Of a stretch of DNA of 64,000 nucleotides, positions 1 to 10,489 are shown in pieces. Position 1 is the first letter of the stretch; every line of letters starts with the position of its first letter. The notes under the pieces are model-generated. The model searched no databases and was not told the DNA's origin. It saw only the letters and a program-made list of their open reading frames with translations. The position numbers were made by a program, and so were the translations under genes. Origin of the DNA: Sedimentisphaerales bacterium (GTDB lineage: Bacteria; Planctomycetota; Phycisphaerae; Sedimentisphaerales; SM23-30). The stretch is taken from assembly GCA_963663805.2 (NCBI GenBank), contig CAXXMR010000008.1:160001-224000 (forward strand), in the 5' to 3' direction.

Positions 1-1
1 T

Positions 2-1003
2 GGTCTGGGTGACCGTAATAATCCGCAGGTTGGCGGTGCCGGTCAGATTTATCTCGACGACTTCAGGCTCTACGGCAGCGGCTGCTATGCCGAAAATATT
101 ATCCCAGCGGACATTAACAGTGACTGCATTGTTGATATCGAAGACCTCAAGCTGATGGCCGCCGACTGGCTGGTCGATGATGTTGAGGAATTCACCGTTG
201 TTGAACCCGATTTCGATGGTCTGGTACTGTGGTATGAGTTTGAGGAAGAAGGCTCGGTCGCGGTTGACAGTTCCGGCGCTGGTTTCGATGGTGCGATCAT
301 CGGTGCTACACAGGTTGAAGGCATCAATGGCGGTATGGCCCTTCAGTTTGCCGGGCCTGACGCTTCAGCTTCTTACGTCGATATCGATATGGGTATGTTC
401 GACCTGCTCGACCATGCTTCGACTTTCAGTTTTTGGGCTAAGGGCGATTCAAGTCTTCCCAATGAAAGTGGTAATATTGTTTTCCAGGCTCGTGGTGATG
501 CTCGTGAAGCCTATCGTATCGCTATTCCTTACACTGCCGGAGAACTTTATTGGGAAACCTTTGGCTCGTTGTATACTGCCGATATGATTCAAGTCGACAA
601 TCTGCCTGCAGATGCTTATAAAGAAGCCTGGAATCACTGGGTCTTTATTAAAGATACCGTGACCGGTGACATGAAGATTTATCGTAATGGTAAATTCTTT
701 GCCGGTGATGTTGGTAAGGTGAAACGCCATGATACTCCGGCCAGTCTTGGTCTCAAGATTGGTGCCTGGTGGACCAAAAATCAAAACTATAATGGTGCTA
801 TCGATGATTTCCGGATTTATGATTACGCACTAAGTGAAGCCGAAATCGCGTACCTGTTTACTAACGGCACCGGTACTGGTCTGGCTGCTATTGATTCGCC
901 GGCGAATATTTATGATGATGAGCCGGCGGGTTCCAGGGTGGTTGATCTTAAAGATTTTGCTGTCTTGGCTGGTGATTGGCTCACTGAGACGATTTGGCCC
1001 TAA
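2..1003 (+). CDS. C-terminal part of a secreted LamG/concanavalin-like domain protein with dockerin-like repeats (starts before the window)
   Basis: Frame is open from base 2 (GLGDRNNPQVGGAGQIYLDDFRLY...ADINSDCIVDIEDLKLMAADWL). LamG motifs WNHWVF and GAIDDFRIYDYALSEAEI; C-terminal DLKDFAVLAGDWL. Confidence 0.85.
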   Translation, partial: GLGDRNNPQVGGAGQIYLDDFRLYGSGCYAENIIPADINSDCIVDIEDLKLMAADWLVDDVEEFTVVEPDFDGLVLWYEFEEEGSVAVDSSGAGFDGAIIGATQVEGINGGMALQFAGPDASASYVDIDMGMFDLLDHASTFSFWAKGDSSLPNESGNIVFQARGDAREAYRIAIPYTAGELYWETFGSLYTADMIQVDNLPADAYKEAWNHWVFIKDTVTGDMKIYRNGKFFAGDVGKVKRHDTPASLGLKIGAWWTKNQNYNGAIDDFRIYDYALSEAEIAYLFTNGTGTGLAAIDSPANIYDDEPAGSRVVDLKDFAVLAGDWLTETIWP

Positions 1004-1031
1004 GACCTTTGATGTAAATAGTTTGTTTACG

Positions 1032-1064
1032 GTGGACTCTGTCGCGAAAGCGTCGGGGTCCACC
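1032..1064 (+). other. Intergenic stem-loop (possible terminator or stabiliser)
   Basis: ggtggactct...ggggtccacc stem with an inner cgc-GAAA-gcg hairpin; no clear U-tract. Confidence 0.4.
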
Positions 1065-1109
1065 GGTCTATACCGAGTTTGCTTAAATATTTATTTGCGG
1101 AGTAGTATT

Positions 1110-4100
1110 GTGAAAAAAGCGTCGTTACTGTTTGTGGTTATTTTAGCGGCTAACCTTTACGCTTTGGATATAAGCTCGGTTTTGAATAACGGGCAGGGTG
1201 ATTTCGACCCCTGGAACCAGACCCGTTGGGCAGCCTGGTATAGTGGCGGGGTGATAGTCGAAACTTTTGATATTAGCATCGACGTGACTTTTGCGACTCG
1301 TGCTACGGACTGGCGGCCTGAGCTTGACAGCTCTATCGCCGACAGTGCGATTTTTATGATTTCAGCCGGTCAGGGTTGTCTCATTGAAGGTAATGGTCTG
1401 GTTGTTGATATGCGCGACGCGGCTTATCTAAATTACACCTTGCTTCAGGCTTATCAGGGTGGTCGCAGTGAACTTGAAGCTTCTACCCTTGGCAATCATT
1501 GTTTTCGTTTTGTTCAGCCGGAAGATACTGGCATTGCCCAATCAACTATCATTCAGAATTTTACACTGCGTGGTTTTATTCAATCTATAAGGACCTGGAG
1601 GACTCAGGCCCATCCTCTTGTTGTTCGAAACTGCTATCTGACTCGTAACGAGTGGGGTGTTTATCTTAGTGGTCAAAATACTACCGTTACCGCCAATGAT
1701 TTCATCGAGAACGGGCAGGGGGCGATGTATTCCGGCTCCGGCAGTCACGATAATAATATTGTCGCCAATACCTACCGTGACAACACTTTTGTGGGGGCAG
1801 AGTCCTACGGCGATATTGTTATGGATACTGCCTACAACACGCTTGTTGAGCTTAATGATTTTCAGCCCTCCCAGCTGTCGGTCACCCGTTTCTTCTCTGC
1901 TGTTGCCATGTATCGCAATATGGGCGAAAATGACAGTTTACGTGAAGATGCCCCGCACAGCAATATCATACGCTATAACAACATTTCTGGTTATCCTGTT
2001 GGTTTCCATCTGGCCGCTCGTAACGGTCGTCGCACCGGCAATGATTTGTCATTGGAAGGTCGCGACTATTGCCACGATAATTATATCTGGGGCAATTATT
2101 TTGAGGATACCACCGTCGCCATCAAGATCAACTATTCTTACAATACCGTGGGCGGTAACAGTTTTGTGAATGTCGAATTTCCTATTGTTCTTCATTGTGT
2201 ATTTTACAATCTGATTGAAACTACTATTAATGCTCAATTACCTCAGGATGTATATTTCTGGCTTACACCTTCGGACTATACTTCTTACGCCTGGATGTTC
2301 CCTTATCATGACGACCGCGGCGGTCATATTGACGAAGCGGAGAAATTTATTCATTTGCGTACCGATTACGCGTCCGGTGGTTTCGGTTATTCAGGGCCGG
2401 CTACTTTTGTCGAACAGCCCAGTCTGGTAATTGGCGATGCTCCTGCGGTCGCTGATTATGACGGCAACAAATATATTGACCTGGTTGATTATGCTGTTCT
2501 GCTGGCGGCTTCTCAGAATGGGCGAAGCGACATGGTTTTGCCTGTGACCGATGGTTTGATTTTTCGCGTTGACGCTACATCTCTCGACTCAACAAATATT
2601 TCCGGTGAGGATTACATAACAAATCTGTACGACCAATCCGGCCATAACAATCACGCTTCTCAGGCCAACAGTTCATATCAACCCCGACTCATCGCTGGCG
2701 CTACTCCTAACACCTGCCCTGCAATTTTGTTTGATGGAACTGATGATTACATGCTGGTCGGTCCCGACAGTTCCTTTGAGTCTGATGCTCTGACTGGCTA
2801 TGTTGTTTTCCGTCCCGATGTTATTAATAATGGCAGATTTTACTGTGTCGGCTATGACGACGTATCTCCCTATCCCGGCAGCCAAACCAATTACGGTGCC
2901 TGGGCTTCCATGGCAGGTTCTTCCAGTTCCGTCGGTCTGACCGAAGGCTTTCGTGCCCTCGGACGTGATACATACACAACCTCTGGTTCGGTAAATTTTT
3001 CCGCGGCCCATACCGGCAGCTATACCGTCGATACCGGTCAATGGTTCATTGGCGGCAATGTCTGGAGCACTCAGGCTGCCGGTGCCAATCTCAGGGCGAT
3101 TATTCTTGACCAGAAAGGCCGTCGCCTCACCGGCACTCTTGATGATATAAATGCCTCTCTCTCCGGCCACCTGGCAACTCTCATCGGGGCGGCTTCGGCT
3201 ACTTCGAGTTTTTCACCCGGCACTTATTACTCCGGCAGTATCGCCGCGATTCTGATATATAATCGTGCTTTGGATTCCTCTGAGCAGACCCAGGTCGAGC
3301 AATATCTGTTTGACCGCTATATATCTTCGGTGTACTGGGAAAACACTCTTGATACTCAATACGCCAAGCCTCTCAAACTTATTGAAGACGCTCAGCCCGA
3401 TATATCCGCCTTTGCCGAACACTGGCTTGAGGGCTGCACTCTGGCAGATGTTTATTCCAGCGGCGGTACTCCTATCGACATTGCGGTTGGCGACTTTTAC
3501 ACCAACAGTTCCGGCGACGAAATTGCGGTAATCTGGGACCAGCCGGTTTCTGAGGTTTCCTATAACACTACCAGTGACCAGTATTACACCATAATATTTT
3601 ACGACAGCCGCGGTATGGAAATAAATCGTTCCGGTCGTTCGCTCAATAGGTGGAAAGCAATTGCGTCTGGTGATTTCATAAACAAAAAGGGTTATGAGGT
3701 CGCCGCGGTGTCTGATGTTTCGGTTGATGGCAAATATCCGGTTTATATTTTTGCTCGCGGCAGAGAAGAGCCGCTGGTAACTTTAATGGCAGATAATACT
3801 AATGAGATTCGCACCCTTGCGGGCGGAAATTTTCTTAATACCGGCGACAGTTATGACGAGGTTGCTGTAACCTATGAGCCCGGCGGACCCATGCAGATTG
3901 ATTTTGTCAAGCCTACGGACTCGACCTGGACCGCGACTACTACCGGCCTCAACGGTCGTCCCTGGGATATTGCCGGTGGCTTTTTCCATAAAGTCCTCGG
4001 TTTCCGTGACGGTATTGCCACCATCACCGACAACCCTATCAATGGTTATTATCGAATCAGTTTCTTTGCGGTTGGCGCAACTGCTCCTTTCACTCAGGTG

Positions 4101-4511
4101 GCTCTTGATAATACTGTTCGTTTTACTGCCCTGGCTGCTGCTCAATTTGATTCTTCGCTTACAGTTGACCAGGTTTGCGTCGCCGGTGCGGTAGAAAATG
4201 GAGTTTGTCAGATTGCTTATTACTCGGCCTATCAGGATTCGCCGTACCGCTACGCCGAACAATCTGTCATCTCCTCTGCGGTAACCGAGCTTGACGGGGG
4301 TAATCTTGGCTTTGCTTGCATCCCCGGTCCTTATGAAAAAGTAACCGGTATCTCTGCTTTTGGTTATGATGCCGAAGTTCCCACCTGGGGTGCCCAGACT
4401 GTTGTTCTGCCTCAATCGACTACCGGCTATTCAATCCCCGTCTATTGGCTCAGTAATGACCCTCAAAATACCGCTAATCAATACTTGAAAGTTACCCCTC
4501 TAATCAGATAA
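1110..4511 (+). CDS. Large secreted protein: right-handed beta-helix + dockerin-like + LamG-like + FG-GAP-like C-terminal domain
   Basis: GTG start at 1110 after GCGGAG, signal peptide KKASLLFVVILAANLYA (the ORF-track start at 834 overlaps the upstream gene). Asn-ladder repeats; DYDGNKYIDLVDYAVL; GSIAAILIYNRALDSSE; GDF-x4-DEIAV repeats. Confidence 0.75.
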   Translation: MKKASLLFVVILAANLYALDISSVLNNGQGDFDPWNQTRWAAWYSGGVIVETFDISIDVTFATRATDWRPELDSSIADSAIFMISAGQGCLIEGNGLVVDMRDAAYLNYTLLQAYQGGRSELEASTLGNHCFRFVQPEDTGIAQSTIIQNFTLRGFIQSIRTWRTQAHPLVVRNCYLTRNEWGVYLSGQNTTVTANDFIENGQGAMYSGSGSHDNNIVANTYRDNTFVGAESYGDIVMDTAYNTLVELNDFQPSQLSVTRFFSAVAMYRNMGENDSLREDAPHSNIIRYNNISGYPVGFHLAARNGRRTGNDLSLEGRDYCHDNYIWGNYFEDTTVAIKINYSYNTVGGNSFVNVEFPIVLHCVFYNLIETTINAQLPQDVYFWLTPSDYTSYAWMFPYHDDRGGHIDEAEKFIHLRTDYASGGFGYSGPATFVEQPSLVIGDAPAVADYDGNKYIDLVDYAVLLAASQNGRSDMVLPVTDGLIFRVDATSLDSTNISGEDYITNLYDQSGHNNHASQANSSYQPRLIAGATPNTCPAILFDGTDDYMLVGPDSSFESDALTGYVVFRPDVINNGRFYCVGYDDVSPYPGSQTNYGAWASMAGSSSSVGLTEGFRALGRDTYTTSGSVNFSAAHTGSYTVDTGQWFIGGNVWSTQAAGANLRAIILDQKGRRLTGTLDDINASLSGHLATLIGAASATSSFSPGTYYSGSIAAILIYNRALDSSEQTQVEQYLFDRYISSVYWENTLDTQYAKPLKLIEDAQPDISAFAEHWLEGCTLADVYSSGGTPIDIAVGDFYTNSSGDEIAVIWDQPVSEVSYNTTSDQYYTIIFYDSRGMEINRSGRSLNRWKAIASGDFINKKGYEVAAVSDVSVDGKYPVYIFARGREEPLVTLMADNTNEIRTLAGGNFLNTGDSYDEVAVTYEPGGPMQIDFVKPTDSTWTATTTGLNGRPWDIAGGFFHKVLGFRDGIATITDNPINGYYRISFFAVGATAPFTQVALDNTVRFTALAAAQFDSSLTVDQVCVAGAVENGVCQIAYYSAYQDSPYRYAEQSVISSAVTELDGGNLGFACIPGPYEKVTGISAFGYDAEVPTWGAQTVVLPQSTTGYSIPVYWLSNDPQNTANQYLKVTPLIR

Positions 4512-4750
4512 GGTATTGGTCGTATTATAATTCGATAAATAGCGATAGCGATATGTTTTGATAGACTATTGCAACCGTTTGCCTTTACCTGGAGCTTTTA
4601 CTTGTAAAATAGCTTTAGATGTGTGCGGCAGGGGAGGGGGTCATCTGTCTATTCATTGCAAACGTTTACTTTTTTCTTGAATGTTCGTTTCCTATACGTT
4701 AAGTTGAATTTATTGCTGGCGTAAATTGATACATTGCGAAAGGTTTGTTT

Positions 4751-7714
4751 ATGAATATTCCGGCTCGGGTTGCTTTTATATCTCTGGCTGTATCTCTTTA
4801 TGTCAGCGCGGCTTCTGAGCAGTATCCTTTCGAGCTGGTTCGGTTCAATAATCCTGATATTAATGTGGATATCAATGCCGGTCTGTCCGTTATGCCTCTG
4901 CCGCTGGACTGGAATAACGATGGTCAAATGGATTTGCTGCTGGCGGCCAGCACCGGCCCGGAAGGCAAGGGCACTTACTATTACGAAAATCTCGGTGGTA
5001 ATATCTTTGCGGCCGGTAAATACCTTTGTAGTCTTGACTGGCCTGTGACTATAAGTTACCTAGACAATAATCAGATTCGAGTCACCGACGGCCCCTTCGA
5101 ATATCTTGACTTTCGTGAGCATCTTAACGGTCGCCGCCAGAGATTCATGAAGTTCTCCGAATATTCCGGCTCCAGTCGTTTCCATCAGACTCGCATTGTC
5201 GATTATGATGGTGATGGAATATACGATGTGATTGTCTGTGTCGAGGATAATCGTGAGCATGAAGGTTTCGATGAGAAGGGCCGACCTATCCATGATTTCC
5301 CCCGCACTTATTCCAGTGATGGTAAATGGCTCGGCGGTAAAAAACACGGCTTTGTTTATCTTATGTCAAATACCGGCACCAACGATGAGCCCGACTATCA
5401 GCTGCCGCAAAAGATTACCACTTCCGATGGCAATATTATCGATACCGAAGGTGACCCGCAGGCCGTCTTTGGCGATTATGACCGTGATGGCGACCTCGAC
5501 TTGATTTGCGCGGAGTTTCTCGACCGGCTCACCTATTTTGAGAACATCGGCACCCGCACTGCTCCGGTCTATAAGCCCGGCAGCTTTCTGCAAATTGAGG
5601 GTCGGACCTATCATAACGATTCCTGCATGATGCTTATCACCGCGGTAGATTTCGATGGCGACAAATGGGTTGACCTGGTGATTGGTTCGGAGGATGGCAG
5701 AGTGTGTCTGCTCAGGAATCGTGCCGCGAACAACGGCGAACGGTTCGCTCCGCCGGGGTATTTCCAGCAGAACGGCAAGGATGCCCCCATCGCTTCCGGT
5801 TCCCTGTTAAGTCCGGTCGGTTGCGACCTGAATAATGATGGTCTGGGTGATTTGGTTTGCGGCAATGCCGGTGGGTACATTGAGTATATCCAGAATCTCG
5901 GTGGTTTTCCGGTTCGCTGGGCTCGGCCGGTCAAACTTCGCTCCGATGGTGAAGTTATCCGTTATCTTGCCGGTGAAAATCTTTCCGCTCAGGGCCCTTA
6001 CGAAGCCAAATGGGGTTATATCGCCCCCAGTATGGCCGATTGGGACCTGGACGGCCTTATCGACATTGTCTGGAACACTATCAGCGGTCAGGTTGAATGG
6101 TTTCGCAATATCGGGACAGCTCAGCAGCCTGCCTTTGCTGCCCGGCAGCCGGTGATGGTTGCCTTTGATGGCCCCACTCCCAAGCCTGTCTGGCTCTGGT
6201 GGGAGCCTCGCCCCGGCGAGCTCGTCACCCAGTGGCGAACCAATCCTTACGTGATGGATTATAATCGGGACGGTCTTAACGATATAATAATGATGGACCA
6301 TGAAGGGTTCCTGTCTTTTTACGAGCGTCAAATGCAGGATGGCAAACTTATTCTCCTGCCGCCCCAACATCTGGCCCGCTCCGACCGGGAATCTTTCTAT
6401 AATCTGGCCAATGCCCGTATCTTTATCGATGTGGACCATAATGGTCAGAATGACCTGACCCATCTCGACCCGCAGGGCCGGGCCCTCTATCATAACCGCA
6501 ACATGTTCACTAATAAGCGTACCGCTCAGGGCCTGCGTCCCAAAGACCTTATGTCTGCCACCGAAAAGATTACCGACCCTCAGCGTTTTTCACATTATCC
6601 TGACACTATGCCCGACCCCTTCCTGCTGCGGCTCAATGCCGGCTGGGAAGGCTCCAGCGGTCGCCGCAAGATTGCCCTGGTTGACTGGGACCTCGACGGC
6701 AATTTAGATTTGATTGCCAACAGTCCTTTTCAGGCGGCCTTCTTCCGGAATATCGCTTCTGATGGTCAGTTTGTCTTTCGCGATATGGGAGTTTTCGGCC
6801 TGATGCGTCTGGGTATGCACAGCTCATTCCCATCGGTGGTTGACTGGAACCGTGATAATGTCCCCGATTTGATTGTCGGCAGCGAAAGCGGCCATCTCTA
6901 TTATCTGGCCAATCCCCACGCCGCCATCAAACCGGCCCGGCAGGAGTATTTCGCCGCCGAACGCCTCTATCAGATTAATCTGGAGAGAATCAAGGGTCGG
7001 ACGCTTACCACTGCCTTGCGTAACTGCCGCCCGCTGGGTACCGCCTCTGTTTATAAAGAGAACGCCCCGGATCTATTTGTCCATGATGCCGACCATAATC
7101 TCGCCTTATTTAAATATCTCCACGCCAAACCTGACGGCACCGCCGTTTACACCTACGATGCCCCGATTAAATTTCCTTTGGCCGGTGCCGGATGCCATAT
7201 CCCCGCCTGCGTATTCCAGGTAAAGGATCACCCGCTCATCCACGCGATATTTTATGATAATAATCAGTTAATCCACTGCGTATATTATCCCGCTATCTAC
7301 GAATTCATCGAGTTGACCCGTTTCGATGTCGAATTGGTCAAAGGTCGGGTTGATTCACTGCTGGCATTGCCCGATGGCGCTAACAATCTGATGGTTCTGA
7401 TTGCCATAAATGCTGACTCGCAGCGAAGGATATATCAACTGACCCTCAATCCTTATCATAAAATTAATCTTGTCTCGGTCAGCACGGTTAAAACCAAAGA
7501 GAAATTTAAGGCCGCCATATTGGATTCTGCCGCTCCTGCGTATATAGTTGATGTCGCCCAAATGCTGCAAAGCAATATTTCGATAGGCTTCTATAACCAC
7601 ACCTTCGCGACTGACAACCTCGCTCCGGCGGCCTGTATGATCGCTCAGGACGGCAGGCTGTTCATCAGCGATTCTGATAATAAATTTGAAGTACACGAAA
7701 CCGCGGGTTTCTGA
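4751..7714 (+). CDS. Secreted FG-GAP/VCBS-repeat beta-propeller protein
   Basis: Signal peptide and many DW/YD/NxDGxxDL repeats. Confidence 0.8.
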   Translation: MNIPARVAFISLAVSLYVSAASEQYPFELVRFNNPDINVDINAGLSVMPLPLDWNNDGQMDLLLAASTGPEGKGTYYYENLGGNIFAAGKYLCSLDWPVTISYLDNNQIRVTDGPFEYLDFREHLNGRRQRFMKFSEYSGSSRFHQTRIVDYDGDGIYDVIVCVEDNREHEGFDEKGRPIHDFPRTYSSDGKWLGGKKHGFVYLMSNTGTNDEPDYQLPQKITTSDGNIIDTEGDPQAVFGDYDRDGDLDLICAEFLDRLTYFENIGTRTAPVYKPGSFLQIEGRTYHNDSCMMLITAVDFDGDKWVDLVIGSEDGRVCLLRNRAANNGERFAPPGYFQQNGKDAPIASGSLLSPVGCDLNNDGLGDLVCGNAGGYIEYIQNLGGFPVRWARPVKLRSDGEVIRYLAGENLSAQGPYEAKWGYIAPSMADWDLDGLIDIVWNTISGQVEWFRNIGTAQQPAFAARQPVMVAFDGPTPKPVWLWWEPRPGELVTQWRTNPYVMDYNRDGLNDIIMMDHEGFLSFYERQMQDGKLILLPPQHLARSDRESFYNLANARIFIDVDHNGQNDLTHLDPQGRALYHNRNMFTNKRTAQGLRPKDLMSATEKITDPQRFSHYPDTMPDPFLLRLNAGWEGSSGRRKIALVDWDLDGNLDLIANSPFQAAFFRNIASDGQFVFRDMGVFGLMRLGMHSSFPSVVDWNRDNVPDLIVGSESGHLYYLANPHAAIKPARQEYFAAERLYQINLERIKGRTLTTALRNCRPLGTASVYKENAPDLFVHDADHNLALFKYLHAKPDGTAVYTYDAPIKFPLAGAGCHIPACVFQVKDHPLIHAIFYDNNQLIHCVYYPAIYEFIELTRFDVELVKGRVDSLLALPDGANNLMVLIAINADSQRRIYQLTLNPYHKINLVSVSTVKTKEKFKAAILDSAAPAYIVDVAQMLQSNISIGFYNHTFATDNLAPAACMIAQDGRLFISDSDNKFEVHETAGF

Positions 7715-7744
7715 TAAACAAAGATTTGGGAAAGGCAAACCATA

Positions 7745-9370
7745 ATGCAAAGTCATTTCACTACCCTGGACTGGACCGTACTGGCGATATATTTCCTGGG
7801 CACCATGTCGATAGGTTTCTACTTCTATCGCAAGAGCCGTTCCACCGAAGGCTTCACTGCCGCCGGTCGTTCGCTGCCCGGCTGGGCCTGCGGATTGTCG
7901 ATCTTCGCCACCTACCTGAGCAGTATCAGCTTCCTGGCCTTGCCCGGCAAATCCTTCGCCACCAACTGGAACCCTTTCGTATTCAGTCTGTCTTTGCCCA
8001 TTGCCACCATTATTGCCTTGAAATACTTCCTGCCCTATTACCGCCGCACCGGTGAAGTCTCGGCCTATTCCCACCTGGAGCATCGTTTCGGCACCTGGGC
8101 CCGCATTTACACCAGCATATTCTATCTGCTCACCCAGTTAGCCCGCATGGGCGCGGTCATGTACCTTATGGCCCTGCCGCTGAGTCTGCTGCTGGGCTGG
8201 GATATTCGCGTCATCATCATCTTTACCTCATTGGCGGTTATCATCTATTCACTGGTCGGCGGTATCGTCGCGGTTATCTGGGCCGATGCCATGCAGGCCA
8301 TCGTCCTTATGGTCGGAGCCATAACCTGTGCGGTTTTGCTCATGAGCGACATCCCCGGCGGCACCGGCGAATTTGTCAGGATAGCTTCGGAACAGGATAA
8401 GTTCAGCCTGGGCAGTTTTGGTCTTTCCTTTACCGAAGCCACCTTCTGGATCGTATTGGTTTACGGTATCGTCATGAACCTCCAGAACTTTGGTATCGAC
8501 CAGAGTTTCGTGCAGCGTTATATCGCATCCAAATCCGACCGGGAAGCCCGCAAGAGCGTCTGGCTGGGCGGTCTGCTTTATGTCCCGGTTTCCCTGATAT
8601 TCTTCTTTATCGGTACGGAACTGTTCGTCTACTATCAGACCCATCCGGCTGACCTCAATGAAGTCAGAAACATCGTTGCCGCCGGTCAGTTGACCACCGA
8701 AGGGGTAACCGCTGAAGCAGCTGACTATCAGCAGCAGCTCGCCCAGCGCAGTGAATCACTTACCGACGCCGATATTGGCGATAAGGTCTTCCCGCATTTC
8801 ATTGGTGCCAAACTCCCGGCGGGCATGACCGGCCTGCTCATCGCCGCGATTTTTGCCGCGGCCATGAGTACCGTCTCGACCAGCCTCAACTCCTCGGCGA
8901 CGCTCCTGCTGACCGACTATTATAAACGCTTCTTTCGCAAGTATGCCGCCGACAAGGAATCCATGGTCTTCCTTTACGTCGCCACCTTAATCTGGGGTGT
9001 TATTGGTATGGGCGTCGCTCTGCTTTTAATCAGCGTCACCAGTGCTCTGGATGCCTGGTGGGTACTTTCGGGTATCTTCGGCGGCGGTATGCTGGGCGTA
9101 TTCCTGCTGGGCATGATAAGCAAACGAGCCGGTAACCCCGCCGCCGTCATCGGTGTGATCCTGGGCGTCCTGCTTATTGGCTGCATGTCCCTCTCGACGG
9201 ATCTGGGCACCTGGCTGCAAAACAGCAATGCCCCGACCGGCCTGACCAGTGCCATGGCGAAGATCAGCACACTCCATAAATTCCTCATCCCGATCTTCGG
9301 CACCATGATAATCCTCTTTACCGGCATCCTGGCTGCCTCTTTCTTCAAGAAAAGCGACCGGACCGGCTGA
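7745..9370 (+). CDS. Sodium:solute symporter (SSS family)
   Basis: Multiple TM segments; LSIFATYLSSISFLALPG, DQSFVQRY, AAAMSTVSTSLNS motifs. Confidence 0.92.
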   Translation: MQSHFTTLDWTVLAIYFLGTMSIGFYFYRKSRSTEGFTAAGRSLPGWACGLSIFATYLSSISFLALPGKSFATNWNPFVFSLSLPIATIIALKYFLPYYRRTGEVSAYSHLEHRFGTWARIYTSIFYLLTQLARMGAVMYLMALPLSLLLGWDIRVIIIFTSLAVIIYSLVGGIVAVIWADAMQAIVLMVGAITCAVLLMSDIPGGTGEFVRIASEQDKFSLGSFGLSFTEATFWIVLVYGIVMNLQNFGIDQSFVQRYIASKSDREARKSVWLGGLLYVPVSLIFFFIGTELFVYYQTHPADLNEVRNIVAAGQLTTEGVTAEAADYQQQLAQRSESLTDADIGDKVFPHFIGAKLPAGMTGLLIAAIFAAAMSTVSTSLNSSATLLLTDYYKRFFRKYAADKESMVFLYVATLIWGVIGMGVALLLISVTSALDAWWVLSGIFGGGMLGVFLLGMISKRAGNPAAVIGVILGVLLIGCMSLSTDLGTWLQNSNAPTGLTSAMAKISTLHKFLIPIFGTMIILFTGILAASFFKKSDRTG

Positions 9371-9380
9371 CAGTTAAATA

Positions 9381-9597
9381 TTGCCAGTAAACAAAACTTC
9401 ATTGCCAGCTTACATTGCCCCAAAGTAAACTTACTTTGGGGCAAAACAGATTGACATCAGAACATTGTAAACTCACATCGCGGCATTGTGGGCTTGCAAT
9501 GGAGCAAAGTAAATTTACTTAGTAACGAAGTCAATTTACTTCAGAGCAAAGCCAATTTACTTAGTAGTAAAGTCAATCTACTTGGGAGCAAAGTCAA
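9381..9597. repeat. Left part of a 21-bp-period tandem array (14-bp palindromic core + 7-bp variable linker)
   Basis: Clear cores at 9423, 9507, 9528, 9549, 9570 and 9591 (e.g. AAGTAAATTTACTT, a perfect palindrome). Degenerate in-phase units at 9381, 9402, 9444, 9465 and 9486. Confidence 0.85.
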
Positions 9598-9724
9598 TGG
9601 TGATTAGTATTGAAAATGGAGCCAGATTTGCATCGAAATCTGAGCCACTTAGGTTAGTAAAATAACGCCGATTTCGGCGTTGTCAATAGGGATTCTGGTC
9701 CTTTTTCGTTGGATTGAGGCTTTC

Positions 9725-10489
9725 TTAGCCTTCTTTTTTCCGTTTTTTCTCTAAACTCTGGTTAAGTCGCCAGCTGTCGGTTATGATTTCGACCACGCTC
9801 ACATGGTGGGTCAGTCGGTCCAGCAGAGCACCGGCTAATCTTTCATCATCGCCAAAGACCTGGGGCCAATCGGCGAATGGCAGATTCGTTGTTACGATCA
9901 GGCTGGTTTGTTCATAGCACTGGCTGAAAAAGCCGAACAGATGTTCCGCTCCGATACGGTCGAACGGGACATAGCCCAGTTCATCGATGATGATCAGGTC
10001 GCATTTTTTTATATAGCTCTCTAATTTCAACACCGCTCTTTCCTGTCGGGCTTCGAGATACGTATTAACCAGTTCAGCAGCGGTAAAAAACCGCACTTTA
10101 TAACCTCGTCGGCAGGCTTCCCGGCCGAGGGCGATGGCCAGATGACTTTTACCCACGCCCGGCGGGCCGGTAAAGACGATATTACTGCGGCGGTCGATAA
10201 AGCCGCACATCGAAAGGTCGATAATCTGTTTTTTATTTATCTGCGGCACGGCCATAAAATCAAAACTTTCAAGTTCCTTAGTCATGGGGAAGTTTGCCTG
10301 TTTCAATCTCCTGGCGATGGCCTGCGACTGTCGATGAAAGACTTCGATTTCGGCCAGTCTTTGCAGGTAACTTTCATAGGATTCGTTTGCCTGGGCGGAT
10401 GCCCGGGCAATTGTCTGATACTCTTTTTGAATTGTCGGAAGCTTCAGGGTCTTGAGATAGCTTTTTAATAAAACCATTGGATCTTTCAT
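9725..10489 (-). CDS. istB: IS21 helper ATPase IstB
   Basis: Walker A GPPGVGKS, LIIIDELGY, TTNLPF, LLDRLTHH. Confidence 0.95.
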   Translation of the reverse strand: MKDPMVLLKSYLKTLKLPTIQKEYQTIARASAQANESYESYLQRLAEIEVFHRQSQAIARRLKQANFPMTKELESFDFMAVPQINKKQIIDLSMCGFIDRRSNIVFTGPPGVGKSHLAIALGREACRRGYKVRFFTAAELVNTYLEARQERAVLKLESYIKKCDLIIIDELGYVPFDRIGAEHLFGFFSQCYEQTSLIVTTNLPFADWPQVFGDDERLAGALLDRLTHHVSVVEIITDSWRLNQSLEKKRKKEG

